Below are positions 36,844 through 50,909 of a stretch of 64,000 nucleotides of DNA, piece by piece. The position numbers and the translations under genes are program-made. Location of the stretch: positions 4,154,001 through 4,218,000 of the forward strand of contig NC_089430.1 in the NCBI RefSeq assembly GCF_026210795.1, read 5' to 3'. Position 1 is the stretch's first letter. The number at the start of each line of letters is the position of its first letter. The DNA is from Rhizophagus irregularis (Eukaryota). The notes beneath the pieces were generated by a model. The model was not told where the DNA came from. It did not search any database and was given only the letters and a program-made list of their open reading frames with translations.

Positions 36844-37189
36844 ATTATATTATTACCGTATATGTTAAATCGTTAAATCTTTGATAATCACGATTTTCAA
36901 ATCATTATCTTGGCGTAAAATATTGATATTACAGTATGATACCTTTTTGATTGTAATAAATACTAAAACTTTATATTTCGATTATCATATTTTCCTTAAT
37001 TTAAAATTATAGTTATATTTTACGGCGCAGTAATTATTGATCTTCAATAATTATTTCCTGATTAAACTCGTTTAAATGAGCCTATTGTTGTAATTAAAAA
37101 AACATTTTATTCTATATTTATTCATTTCATTTCTTTTTTTTGTTTTTTTTAAAGTAATATATAAAAATTAGAAAAGTAATAAAGAAATT

Positions 37190-38042
37190 ATGTAATAATC
37201 TTTTGAAAGACTTTTCATATGATGCTGATGATTTAATATACTTTATTATTTTTACTTACTCGATCATCTTATTTTAAAATGCTTGGCCGAATACATGAAT
37301 TAATAAGAAAAAAAAAACACCAATAATTTTTGACAAGTTATATTATTTTTTCTTTTTATAGGTTCAAAAACTCACGATTTTATTGACTTATAATTTCCCT
37401 TTTTTGGAGATAGCAATTGAGTTAAAACTTGGAAGAACAAAATATATGAATATATCGCGATTTTAGTCGCTTCTGATGAACTTGCTTTCTTGAAGAAATT
37501 GAAGAAAGAATATTAATTGATCAAACAACGTGTTTAGTTCATCAAAATTTCGGTCTTTTATTAATAACTTGCAAGTTATAAAAAATTACCAAATTATTAA
37601 ACTCAAAATTATTACCATTGCGGAAACATTCCTTCACTAGATAAAAAGATATTCATCATGACTCCCTTTAACAAAGTGATATTCAGATTGAAAGTGTCCA
37701 TTATTTAACTAAATGAGGTTAACAAACTTCAGGCCTTGGGGAAATAGGGAAAGCGATAGAACAATAGTATGAAGCATGTACTGTATGTAAGCATAAAGGA
37801 AACAATGAGTCGATTTATTTCTCTAATTCGATTGGTGGAACTTTCCTCTTTTGATTTTTTTTATTTTTGATAAGGTCTGTTATAATTTTTTTTGACAAGG
37901 TCTATTATAATTTTTTTTTTTGATAAGGACCGTTCTTATAAAGCTATTTTATTTTCCCAGTCATATTTATGAAAATTTTAAGAATTTTCTTTTAAGTTAC
38001 CTTACTAAAACCTACAACTTTATCATTTAAAATAGAAAATTA
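37190..38042 (+). pseudogene. Decayed BTB-BACK(-TLDc) paralog
   Basis: Ordered nucleotide remnants of the family: AAAGACTTTTC, TCATCTTATTTTAAAA, TTAGTCGCTTCTGATGAACTT (LVASDEL), TATTTAACTAAATGAGG, CTAATTCGATTGGTGGAACTTTC, a triplicated TTTTTTGA(T/C)AAGG (FFDKV) and CATATTTATGAA. The TLDc part is missing and there is no long ORF. Confidence 0.8.
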
Positions 38043-39134
38043 AGCAACTTCTTGATAATTTAATATGGATACTATGACTTGAACTAAATTTATTATTTAC
38101 AATTAGAATATTTTATTGAAGAATTTGATGAACGACTTTAGATAATGGACGATCTATTTGATTAATATTTCGAATGTTGATCCAACAAAATACGGTGAGT
38201 AGTTAATAAACCAACGAAAAAATAAATGAATCTAGAAAATATCTTATTGGATGGTATTATTAAGATTTTATTGATATATAATGATAATGATGTAATAAAT
38301 GATGTAATTTGTTAAATTTTTAAATCATATCATTTTTTTTTCCTAAATAAACTTTTTTTTTCAAATTTCAATCATATGCTTATTGAATTAAAATTTAATA
38401 TTAAAATTCAGGGAATAAATTAAAGTTATTATTAAAGTTGAAAAGAATTTAGACTTTTATTTTGTGTTTATTTTATTTATTGTTAATTAATTGAATTAAT
38501 TAAATTATTGATTTGTTTTGTTGACAGACCCATATGAAAATATCGGTGCCCGGAAGGGAATGATCTAAGAATCACGGACGAAAAGAATTCAGAAGATCCT
38601 TTACATTTAAGTAATATACTTTTTACGGAGACAAAAAAAAAATATAAAAAAAAAACGTTTGCATATTTCAAAATTTTCGGGATATTGAAGGTTTTCTTAT
38701 TATATTATATATTCCAATAATCCGATATTTTACGTTAGAAGCTTTGTTTCAAATATATATATATGTATATATATATATGACATGAAAACATAATAATTAA
38801 AAATTCTAATTGTACAAAAAAATTTATAATGAACGTGTCAAAATTAATTTTCATACTGCATTAGATGCTTATCGTCAATATCTTTTATTTTTTAATTATT
38901 TTATATATATGCTATTCAAATGAGTCGGGGTGGTAAAAGAAGCTATATTAGGAGATAATTAAAAATAGCAATAAAAAATTTTCGAATTATAGCCGAGCTA
39001 TGAACGTGATAGATTACTTAAATGTCTCGTGATCGGTGATCATAAATGAAAAAAACAATTTGCTGGGTAAAGTATTTATACTTCAAGTTTTTTTTTCGCA
39101 ACTTTTTTTTTCTTTAACGAGAAAAAAAAATAAA

Positions 39135-40622
39135 ATGACCTCAATTTTTTATTCTAGTCTTTCAAAAGATCTTTCCTCGATCCTATATGATTCTGATGAC
39201 TATAATGTTATCATTAAAGTTGGGAAGGATCAAAATATGAAAGAATTTAAAGCGCATTCAGTTATTTTGCGTGCTCGTTCACCTTATTTTAAAAGTGCCT
39301 TGTCAAATAAATGGATTACGAAGAAAGATGACATGATTTTATTTAATAAACCCAATATTGATCCGATAGTTTTTGAATTGATTTTAAAGTGAGTGATTAA
39401 ATTTTAATTATAATCAAAATTTGAATTGACTTTAATTTACAAAATTTCGTTCTTTTTTAAAAGATATATTTACACAGGTGAAGTTGACTTAACAAATCTA
39501 GTATGCAGCGATATTCTCGGACTTTTAGATGCATCTGACGAACTTTTACTTGATGAATTAGTTGAATATTTACAAATATATATGATCGAAGAACATAAAC
39601 AGCGGGTTCAACAAAATTTGATTTTAGTTCTTAATAAATTTGCGAGATATGATATATTGAAAAATTATTGTCTTGATTATTTCTGCGAAAATTCACAACA
39701 TTTTATTTCCTCAAAACACTTTATCTTATTAGATAAAGATGTTCTCTATAGTTTACTCGAACGAAATAACTTGCAGACTAATGAAATTGATATTTGGGAC
39801 AGTTTAATTAGATGGGGTATTAGACAAACTCCTGGTTTGAACGATGATAGATCACAATGGAATAATGAAAATTATGATGCGTTAAAAAATACTTTGAATC
39901 AGTTTATTCCACTTATTCGATTTGTGGAAATTCCTATGAATGAATTTTTTAATAAAGTTCAACCTTATAAACAAATTATTCCTAATAATATTTATGAAGA
40001 ATTTGAAAACTTTTATCATAATGGTATATTACCAAAAATCATGATTTTACCACCTAGAATAGGAAAATTTGAATCAAAGATTATCAATCCTAAACTTATG
40101 AACATAATTGTTAATTGGATTAATAATAAAGATTTTTATAATATCACAGATCCACATTATAAATTCGAACTTATTTATCGTGGTAGTGATGATGGAATTG
40201 ATAATAAAACATTTAAATCTAAATGTAATGGTAGAATAGCAAGTTTAGTTTTAGTTAAAGTTCAAGATTCAGATAAAATTTTTGGTGGATATAGTTCTAT
40301 TGGGTTTAGTTCATTAGGTAATGATTATTCGATTGTATACGGTTATGGGTTAAGAAAATATAATGCAATTGGTAATTTTATTTTTTCTTTTGAAAATGAA
40401 AATGATGATCAAAATATGAAAATAAGTCGTGTAATTAATAATTCGGATGCTATATTAGATCATTTTGATTCAGGATTTAATTTTGGACAAGGTTCATTAT
40501 GTATGATAGAACAAAATTTACATGTTAATAATATAAGTCGTAATTATGAAAATAATATAAGTACAGATTTAGTTTATGTTATCGAAGAAATTGAAACTTT
40601 TATTATATTATTAAGGGAGTGA
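39135..40622 (+). CDS. BTB/POZ-BACK-TLDc domain protein (copy D), exons 39135-39388, 39464-40622
   Basis: Start MTSIFYSSLSKDL. GTGAGT...AAG intron at the conserved position. All motifs intact. Confidence 0.9.
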
Positions 40623-42397
40623 AATTTTATTGGATCGATCAATTAATTTATTAATTTATTTGATCGATCATTATGCAGTCATGTGTTTTACATATGTCAA
40701 TCAGTTATTTTAAGTAATATATAGAATTAATATATAGATATTCTTTCATTAGAAATGAATAGTAAATTAGAATTTTATAAGTTAAAATAAGATTATTTAA
40801 TATTAAGATTATTTAATAAAAGATTTAATTTAACTATAATTATAAACAAATGATCTCGAAGGTGATTTTTGACAAGTCTAAAAATAAAATGCATCATTAT
40901 TAGTCGATCATTATTATTATTGAAAAGTTGAAAACAAGTACGGGGGTAATATGGAGTATAAGTTAGTATATGGGTTATATGGGGTATGTTCCGTAGTTAA
41001 GATATGGAAAATAATATGTAACTCATAATTTACAAATGATTTTTTGGTGGGGGTACTTTACATATACAGTATATATGTATAATTTAGTTAGTACCGATTG
41101 CAAAAAAAAATGCATACTTAATTTGGTAAAATTTAACGAAAATGATCTCATTCAAAATTTATAATTTTTAAGCCACCCTCATGATTTTTTTAATATTTTT
41201 TTTTATATTTCGGTTATTATATTTCGGTTATTATATTTCGGTTTCCATATTTACGAGTATCTAAAAAAGAATTGTTCTCACCGATCATTAACAAAAAATT
41301 TTTCATTTCTCGTGAATTATAATTTATTTTTTTAATGAAAAAATAATTATAAAAATTGGTTAAAAAACAATTATTTCTAAATTTAATTTCTTTTCCCTGA
41401 AAATAATTATTATTTTCATTTTAAATTTAATAATTTAAAATTTCAGGATTCTTTATAATAATTCTTATTACTAAGTTATTTTGTCATAAAATGAGTAAAA
41501 TATGATTGTCGATAAATTAAGAAATTCAGTTTGTAATATAGTAAAATATAAATGGAGCCAATTTTACAATGATTTTGCCTACAAGAACATGGACAATATT
41601 GATAATCCTTGGCAATTGTTGATACATTTAATTTCACGTGATTCTCGATACAATTGAATTCGTCTTTTATATTTCATGTTTGATTTTTTCATTTTTGTCA
41701 TTTTGTGGAACTTTGAGAACTGAGACTTGGTTCATATTTAAATTATAAATCCACGTAATTTTTTCGAAAATTTTTGTCGTTTCTTAAGAAAATAAAGAAA
41801 AAAGTAAAAGAATCATGACTCATTTAATTTTGTTCTTTAAAAAGTTTTATGCGTCTTTTTATAATAAATAAGTAAAAGAACGTGAATTTTAGAAACAAAT
41901 ATTTGGAGATTCTATTTAATAAAGGGTTTTTCCTAACAACGTTTGGTAAATCCGTAAAAAAAGCTGTTTGTGTATAGTTGAGAACTTTTCTAAAAACAAT
42001 TATTTTATTCATATGACCATCAATATAAATATATCGATATTTTGTCGTTATATTATTTATAATAAAAAATTTTAAAGGTTTTTTTTGGTGCGAAAGGGTA
42101 ATCTTCCTTCGCTAGCGGTTTGATATACCTATTTCGTTAGTACTAGTGAAAGAAGTAGTGAAAGATTCTTAGATTTAGTCATTTTTAATGATTTTAATTT
42201 TAAAATTAATTAGAAAAAACTCGTAATCGTAAATTTGATACAATATTTTATTAATAAAATTTTATTATTTAATTTGCCACGAAAAAAAAAAAAAATTAAA
42301 AAATTGTTGCATTTTTACGCGAAAAATGAAATATTTTTAAAAGAAATTGCAATGACACAACTTGATCGTCTAAATTCATTGTGACGCATTCAACTAA

Positions 42398-43135
42398 TTT
42401 CACCGATAACCATTAAAACATTTCACCAATAATCATTTTCACCATTACAGCAAAATTCAAAATATAGTGGATACTTGAAAATTTTTATTGTCGGGTACTC
42501 GGGTTACTCGGCTAGTCAGTTATTAGAAAAATTTACATAATATAACATAATTACATTATATAGTATAAAGTATATAGTATATACAATTATACTTTATTAT
42601 ACTTTATACTACGCCATCATATATATGTCACGTGCTATATATCTTTTCGACTAGCCGAGTAATCCGAGTACATTTCACCGATAATCATTTCACCGATGAT
42701 CATTATTTTGCTGATCATTTCACCGATAACTATTCGCTGACACCGATTACCATTTCACCGACAAACGTTTCGCCGACAGGATCATTCCTTTCACCGATAT
42801 ATATAGTAATTTTTTTAATATTATAATAAAATTAAATATATATATATATATTTTTTTTTTTGAAAAAAAAATAAAAATATATTTCTTTTTGAATAAATCT
42901 TTTTTCTTTCTTTTTTTTTTTACAATAATATTGTCCCAATTTATAATTATTAATACATACATAGTCTCATCGCATATAATTTACCATTTTTAAACCAAAA
43001 TGACCTTAATTTTCTTTAAAAATAACTTTGCACTAACAAAATGAACTTTCGGTGAAGATGAAACATTTATTGGTGAAATGAACCCTTTGGTGAAATGTTT
43101 GTCGAAGTGATTGTCGAAACAATTGGCGGCGATCC
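42398..43135. mobile_element. MULE-like relic with TTTCACCGA repeats, containing a nested inverted-repeat element at 42504-42671
   Basis: TTTCACCGA repeats at 42398-42445 and 42672-42798, with inverted GGTGAAA/TCGGTGAA copies at 43049-43100. Inner 23-bp IR GTACTCGG(G/A)TTACTCGGCTAGTC. Confidence 0.6.
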
Positions 43136-43878
43136 AAATTACGGACTTACGGGATGGAAAATTCGATTTTGAAATTTTGATTTTCAAATTTCCAATTTCA
43201 AAAAATTTAGATCAATTTCTTATTTTGGATGTAACGTACTATAAAAGGAAATTTTACATTTCGATCATCGTACCAATACATTTACGTATAACAAATTAAT
43301 ATCTACATTTCATTTTTTAAAGAAAAATCCAAAATTATATAGTAACCATATGTGAACATTATTTATCGATTCTATTAAGCAAATCATACTTTATTTGTAA
43401 ATTCATTTTACATATAGATTTCTACGAAGCGCCAAATAATGATATAACAACGAATCATAATATTCTAATTTTAACTATTAATCTTTTTTAGTGAACTTTT
43501 TAATATTGTAGGATTTTTATTGTTTCTATTGTTCTATTGTTCTATAAATGATCACATTTTTGATACTCCGTTCAGTCATCACCGCTCGCTTCTAAAAATA
43601 GATTTTATTTGTCACTACCGTCACACTCCTCGCGTTTTCAGTAATCCATATGTATCTGGGGACTTGGTTTTTTTTTCGGTTAGTCAAAATCTTATTTGTC
43701 ACATACTTAGTGTTATACGTGATCACATGAATAGAATATATATATATATATATAGAACAATATAATTCAGAGATTTTTTCCAAACTCTTTGAAATATAAA
43801 AAACAAAAATAAAAATTAAAATAAATAAATAGGTTCACATATAAAATCTCATAGACAAATAGCATTAACGTCACTAAA

Positions 43879-45270
43879 ATGTCATTAGATTCTCGATCCA
43901 ACATTTTTACAAAATCAAATCTGGTCTATACACCATTGTCAATAACAATCGCTCATATATTAAATTTCATCATTAATTCACCTTTATCGACATGGAAAGA
44001 ATTTCCACCAAAATTACCTAATTCAGTTTATTCTTCAGTATTTTTTACCCCATTATTATTATTTATATCACTTACATTCGAACCAATTCAAACAAGGAAA
44101 CGTTTTTACACATTATTATCTTTAGCACTTTTGATTATTTCAATTCCAATAATTAATCGTAAAAAAGATTATCCTCCTTCACTTCAAAGTAATTTTGTAA
44201 CTATTAATATGCTTTTATCATTAAAAATGGCATTATTTTTAAAAATTAATAGAACATTTTTAGATCAAAAAAATTTGGATCAAAAGAAAGAATTTAAATC
44301 ATTCATTTCAACATTATTTAATTGGCGTCCTGATTCTTATATAATTCCTCCAGTATCAAAAAATTCAAATGAAAAAGAAAATCCTTCAATTATTAAATCA
44401 CCCACAACTTCACAAATTAACAAAATATTAATTAATCGTTCAATAATTATCATTGCAAAATACTTATTTCTTGAACTTGGTGTTTTTACACTTTTAATTT
44501 TAACCAATTATAAAGTAGAAATTCCAGAAAAAGCTTATCAAATTCGTTTAATAGAATTTTTTACTAATGGAATTCTTCCTTTTACAATTTCTTCAATGGG
44601 ATTATATTTGAATTTCAAAGGAGTAATATATTTATGGCTTTCATTAAATTATGATGTTATTACTTTCATTGTTGCGATCATCTATCGTTTCATCTTTTGC
44701 AAATCTATTTTAATTCAATCTGGTATCCTTACTCCTTCTGAGTATGCTTCTTTAGAAGAATGGATTATTACATTCTTATTTAATACTAAACATTTATTTA
44801 ATGCACCACTTATTTCATCAAGTCCTCGTGAATTTTGGTCTATTCGTTGGCATTTATTACTTAATGAAAGTTTAAAAGAATTAGGTTATTTACCTATTAA
44901 TAATTTATTTTCTACAATATTTTCAAAGAAAATTGCAAATATTATGGGTGTATTAGGTTCTTTTGGTATTAGTGGTTTAATACATGAATATTATTTAATT
45001 ACAAATTTTAATATTTGGACAGGTGAACATTTCTTTTTCTTTATGACTCATGGTATAATATTTATCTTATGGGAAATTATATTTAATAATAATAATAATA
45101 ATAATAAGAGTAAAAATGAGGATACTATGATTGGAAAATTTTTAAAATGGATCTTATTTTTAATTATTCATTTGATTTTACTTCCTGCACTTATTGAACC
45201 TTCAATAAGAAATTTGGATTTTTCTGATATGTCATCATCTATTTCAAACCTTTTTGTTAAAGAATTATAA
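43879..45270 (+). CDS. Membrane-bound O-acyltransferase (MBOAT_2 / wax synthase-like), single exon
   Basis: 463-aa polytopic protein with LFNAPLISSSPREFWSIRWH and FGISGLIHEY (catalytic His) motifs of the MBOAT_2 family. Confidence 0.88.
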   Translation: MSLDSRSNIFTKSNLVYTPLSITIAHILNFIINSPLSTWKEFPPKLPNSVYSSVFFTPLLLFISLTFEPIQTRKRFYTLLSLALLIISIPIINRKKDYPPSLQSNFVTINMLLSLKMALFLKINRTFLDQKNLDQKKEFKSFISTLFNWRPDSYIIPPVSKNSNEKENPSIIKSPTTSQINKILINRSIIIIAKYLFLELGVFTLLILTNYKVEIPEKAYQIRLIEFFTNGILPFTISSMGLYLNFKGVIYLWLSLNYDVITFIVAIIYRFIFCKSILIQSGILTPSEYASLEEWIITFLFNTKHLFNAPLISSSPREFWSIRWHLLLNESLKELGYLPINNLFSTIFSKKIANIMGVLGSFGISGLIHEYYLITNFNIWTGEHFFFFMTHGIIFILWEIIFNNNNNNNKSKNEDTMIGKFLKWILFLIIHLILLPALIEPSIRNLDFSDMSSSISNLFVKEL

Positions 45271-45750
45271 ATTATTTTCTTTTTGTCAAAAATATTATAT
45301 AAATAAAATTTAAATATGGGTTTTAAAAATTTAAAAGACATCTACGCACTCATTCACGTGACATACTACCTTGAAATTTGATTGGTCAATTTAATGATAA
45401 ATTTTTGTCATTGTCATAAATTGAAAGATATATAATAATTTCGTAATACTGTAATATGGAATTTAACCGAAATCATTGAATTCTTTAATAAGAACATAAA
45501 AGGAATCCCGATCATGAAAATATTAGGAAAAGCCATCGTAAAAACAATAAAAATAGAAAAACAAACCAAGAATCACACAAAAAAGATCGACATAAAAAAG
45601 AAAAAGCGTTAAAAACTGAAAACATACCTATTGTTCCAAGAAATCCCATCTTATGTTATCCTAAAAAGAATAATAAATATGTAAGCAAAGAAAATAACGA
45701 TATTTTAAAAAGAAAAAATGAATATTTATATGTCTTAGTATTATTATTAC

Positions 45751-45812
45751 ATGTAATCCGGCAAAATAAATACGGTTACCATTTTTTGGAGGCGATGCTA
45801 GGTTGATTACAT
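45751..45812. repeat. Short dispersed repeat, with a second copy at 61485-61535
   Basis: ATGTAATCCGGCAAA...CGGTT(A/G)CCATTTTTTGGAGGCGA(T/C)GCTAGG occurs at both sites. This copy is bounded by ATGTAATC/GATTACAT. Confidence 0.65.
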
Positions 45813-46628
45813 TAATCCATCATTCACATAAATTTTATGGTAATAAAACACTTTGACCGAAAAATGGTGTGCCAACGTAAATGTGCTTATAAGGGCCTTA
45901 AGGGGGGATAGAGGGGTCAACTGTACATTTGAAAGAATTGTGATTCATATTTTCTAGTTTTTTGGTAAATATAATATAATAGTATGCCCAGTTAAATTAA
46001 AAAAGTACAAATTGATTAGCAAATTAACGGGTTATAATAATATAAATTTAAATTGTTTTATTTATACTATATGCAGTGAATAAATTTTGAATGCTATTTT
46101 AATTTTTTAAGAATTTGCAGTTCCAGCACTAGTTAAGCCTCTCTATAAATATGTTCTTTATACTGAAAGATACTGAAACAGTGAAACATGCACAATCCCG
46201 TATCTCACAAGATACGTTTTTCATGTGAAATTATACTGGAAATATGTTTTACCAATATTTCTTGTTTTTTTAAATGATATTCCAAAAATGTTTGAATCAA
46301 TGTTGATAACAAAACAAAATATTCTTAAACTCTGTAGGACATGTGCATTTTTCCGTGACGGGTGTATGAAGTTCCCTAAAATAGTTTTTTTGTTCGCTTT
46401 ATTAGTGGGAAGATCTTTCCAATTGTGTTCTAGATCATAATCACCTAATGCACTGTCCTCGTTTAGAAATAAATATGGAGTCAGATGATCGATATTATTC
46501 TTTGAGCACCCACACGACCGAATAACGCCCAATTTTATAAATTCAGCGCACATGTAGCGAAATTACTCTTATCTATTAATAAAGTTTTTTACTTTTATTA
46601 ACAGATAACTGATAAAGCTAAGTTTACC

Positions 46629-48036
46629 ATGAGTGCACACGGAACATGTAAAGAGTGTAATCAAGAAAATACTTGGTAAAGCATGTGACGCTAAATATTT
46701 TCGACAAAATTTTAAAAATTGGACAAGTGGTAACGATGATATTGACAAATTTATTCAAGATGTTCAGCTATCAGCAAATAATTATCATAAAATAATAGAA
46801 TGGATTCCATATGATAGATTTTATAATATTAATTATATTGCTAGTGGAGGATTTGGTATAGTATTTAGTGCAAATTGGACTGATGGATATATAAGTAAAT
46901 GGAATAAAAAGGGACAAATTTGGAAAAGAAAAGGTCAACAAATGAATGTAGCTCTAAAGAGTTTGAAAAATTCAGAAAATGTTACACAAGAATTCATTAA
47001 AGAGGTATAAATTATTTTATTTGATGAATTTAAAATTTGATTAAGTTCTTAACAAACTAATTAATGTATTTGATTTTTAATAGATTACACTACACCATAA
47101 AATTGAGGATGTAGATTCCTTTATCGTTAGGTTTTATGGAGTAACGCAAGATCCTAAGACAAAAAATTATATGATGATTTTGGATTATGCAGATCATGGA
47201 AGTTTAAGAAAACATTTAAATACGAATTATAATAAATTAAACTGGGATGATAAGTTACGTGACTTATGGCGTATTGCAGTTGGGATTGAGAAAATTCATG
47301 AGAAAGGGTTAATTCATCGAGATTTACATACCGGAAATATATTAAGTTTTTCTTATAAATGATGCTTGTATAACGGATATGGGATTATGTAAGCCTGCAA
47401 ATTGTGATGAATTAGAAAACGCAAAAAATAGTATATATGGCGTTTTATCTTACATTGCTCCAGAAGTTTTAAGAGGAAAAAATTACACCAAAGCTTCTGA
47501 TATTTATAGTTTTGGTATAATTATATATGAGATGATTTCTGGATTACCTCCGTATCATGATATAGGCCATGATAAATATTTAGCAATAAAGATTTGTCAA
47601 GGGTTTAGGCCAAGATTTAATATTAAAGTACCGCAATTAATTGTGAATTTAATTAAAAGATGTTTAGATGCAGAACCATTAAACCGACCAATAGCAAAAG
47701 AAATTAGATCAATTTTATGGATATGGAGGATGGATGATAATTTAGAATTAATGAAACAGATTAAAGAAGCAGAAAAGGTTAATTCTATTCAGCCAATACC
47801 TTCAACTGATTTAAAACTATCATTTGAAACACACTCAGAAGCCATTTATACAAGTAGATTACTAAATTTTGGTGATCTTCCATATCCGATGATTATTATG
47901 ACAATTATAAGCACGCAATTTTCAGGTAATTAACGAAATTTTTTAATAATTATTATGTATTCAAATTAATTAATTTTTAAATATCGATTACTTTATCTAT
48001 TAAATCTTAGAATCTTTACAAATTAGTGTCTTTTAA
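46629..48036 (+). pseudogene. TKL-like kinase pseudogene (HRDLHTGN / DMG type), exons about 46629-47004, 47084-47925, 48011-48036
   Basis: MSAHGTCKECNQENTW* with a frameshift at about 46677 before KACDAKYFRQNFKNWTSGNDDID. A second frameshift at about 47357 separates HRDLHTGN from ITDMG. Further small indels near 47890. Confidence 0.85.
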
Positions 48037-49370
48037 TTTTAATTAATAGTGATTCAGGTATTGATTATATTTTTTTTTAATACCGGTAATGATAATTTTA
48101 ATTAATCATAATTTTTATTTTTATATAAATTACACTAGCTGCGAAATGTTATAATGGTTGAATTGCCATTATAAACATCATAAACATGTCATAAGTTTTG
48201 TATAATTGTAAATAATATTATATTTATGGCCATTTTTGACCGCTATGTATAATTATAAGAAACAACTGAACCTTCTTTTTTTTTATTTATTTTATATTAT
48301 ATGTATTTTTATAAATGCATATCAAGTATTATCATTCATCTTAATTATTTATCATGCTAAATTTTATATTATTGTATATTTTGTTTTAAATATATTTCAT
48401 ATATAAATAAATCTTATTTGTTTAATAACGTAATAAAATATATTATTCATTATAATTAAAACTTTCTTCGTCAAACGTCCCTATTTATTGGCATATTACA
48501 TAGAATACTCTTTTAAAAACATTAAAAAAAAACTTCTCTCTTCCATTTTACTATTCTTTAATTAATTATATTCTATTTTTATTTTTCTTCTCCACCTTCT
48601 TGACACTGTTATCAATCATCGCTATTTAGTCGTCCCTCGTAACTGATCGTTATTTATATCATGTGACTTCTTTCCCTGTATCCGTAATTTCTGTAAGTTA
48701 TAAATTCCGTAAACATTGTACATAGTGTTCCGAAAGGGTCGAATCGGGTCGGATTCTTAGTATAATAATACTTTTTTTTTACTTCGATTAATTTCATTTA
48801 GAATATCAGTTATATTGTTTTTGCGTTGAAAACTATATAACAGATTGAATTTGATACAAGTAATGTTTGCATATTCTGCCGGATCCAATATTCGTATTCA
48901 TTTTCTTAGTTGTTAAGGTACTATGTAAAATTTTAATGTCAGTTTGCTAATATAAAAAAAAAATATTATATATATATATATATAAATAAAACTTTGAATT
49001 TTTTAACAAATCCGAGAAAATTATTAAATCAAAAATGTTAAAGGATTTTCATTTTTATTATGTGAATTTTTCAAGGCAAAATCACTTACGAAAGAGAAAC
49101 AAAAAAAAAAAAATTTAGATAAGTAATTTCCATTTTCATTTCTTTGAATTTTTGTTGAGCCAACTTTGTTCTTATGAAAAAAGAAAAAAATTTAGAAGTT
49201 TTTCGTCCAAATTGAGAATTATGGTTAGATTAATTGTAACTATAAATACTAAAAAATGCGTCCAATTTTTTAATTCAAGATATGATTGTCAAAAACAAAA
49301 ATCTCTCGGATAATTTGTATTTTTTAATTTTTAAAACCAAATAAGTAGTTAATCGAAAGGTCAGTTTGCG

Positions 49371-49460
49371 TTTTTGTCCGAAGCGGAGTGGAGACTTTTA
49401 CATTCTACACAAAAACATGCAATGTTGTCTGTCCCACACGTGACTTATATACACGTGACA
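49371..49460 (+). mobile_element. 5' fragment of a HINE-like element
   Basis: TTTTTGTCCGAAGCGGAGTGGAGAC...CTGTCCCACACGTGA resembles 21962-22060. Confidence 0.5.
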
Positions 49461-50909
49461 TATATTTTTTTTTATTTAAGCTTAATACTTTTTATACTAT
49501 TAGCTTATTAATTTCGATACTGTTAATCGTATAATCATGTGCCCGACGATCATGTTACGAATGTTGCAAATGTTACGAATGTTTAATATGTTTAACATGT
49601 TTAACATATGCAACATATTTAATATATAAATTAATAGAGAAACATCATATACATTTTTTGTACGTGTGCTTGCAGCCTTGCTATTCTAATCAAATAAAAT
49701 AATTGCAGAATTTTTGTTTCGAAGAAAGTATCTACAGCATTCTGTCATAATAATCATGTATAAATGAAATTCAATAATACCATTATTCTCATCCTAGTGG
49801 AAATTAATAACCCGGAAGCATTCTATTTTGTCTTTTTTTGTTATAATATCATCACCTACATTGCCACATACTCATGCACAAACCTAGAAATATCCGAGGT
49901 AACGTTGATATTTTGCGTGACATAATCTGGGATATGTGATTTTGAGTCCACAAAAAAAGTATGAGATCTTTTATGCAGTTATAGGTGTTCTATAAAATTC
50001 CATTTCGATTTATTAAAATGGTGAAGTCGTGAAGAACAATCCCGAGTTACAGTATATCACTTACAATATATGCCAGTGAAACTAGAAGATTCCGGAATAG
50101 AAACTACTCTAAAGTCACGTGTGGAGTCTGTTCACAAACTAATCACGTGCTACAACGCCTACAGTTACGACCCCTTAACCTAAGGTGGCTTTAACCTAAA
50201 CAGTTTGAATTAAGCTTTTCTATTTTAATATATCGGCAACCAACGAACCTTTTAGTGTTTTAAATAGCCAAAAGGGAGGGCAATATGCAAAAAAAAAATA
50301 TTAAATTCTTGAAAAAAAAAGCTGATAAAACTTCTATGATAGGTAAATTAGCTTTGTGACAATAATAAATACAAGGCTTCATGTAATGCTAACGGACTGG
50401 TAGTTGTTTATCCAAAGTCAAATGATTTATAATGTTACAGTATTATTTAGAATTCCCATCATATTTATAACTTAGAATACGTCATAATCGATAAGATGTA
50501 TAATTATATACCTTGATTACTAATCCATCATATTCTTTTTTTTATAATGAGCCATAATTATTAATATTTATAATAAGATGACCAATAATGCCTAACTTTA
50601 CAGATTCATTATTTTACATTTTACAATGAAATGATTTGTAATGAGTTATAATAATTATATTGTATTATTTCATTTTCACTTGATCACTATCTTTTCCAAT
50701 CCTTTATATAATAAAAATTTTGGCCAATTTTCTAGATTCCTCAAAATCCCATATTAATAATTATATCCCTCTGAATATAATTCAATTAATACCCAATTTG
50801 GCCTTTTTTTTAAACCCTTTTCCTAATAACTTTTCCTAATAATAAGTTTATTCATTACAAAGGTACTTTTAAACCTTTTCCTTCTCATTAATTTTTATTT
50901 CAAACGATC

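Noticed and set aside
48723..48760. Isolated hAT-like ends (also about 1100-1190 and 34430-34495)
   Set aside because: Single arms with TCGG/CCGA motifs but no partner TIR or TSD, too fragmentary to call.
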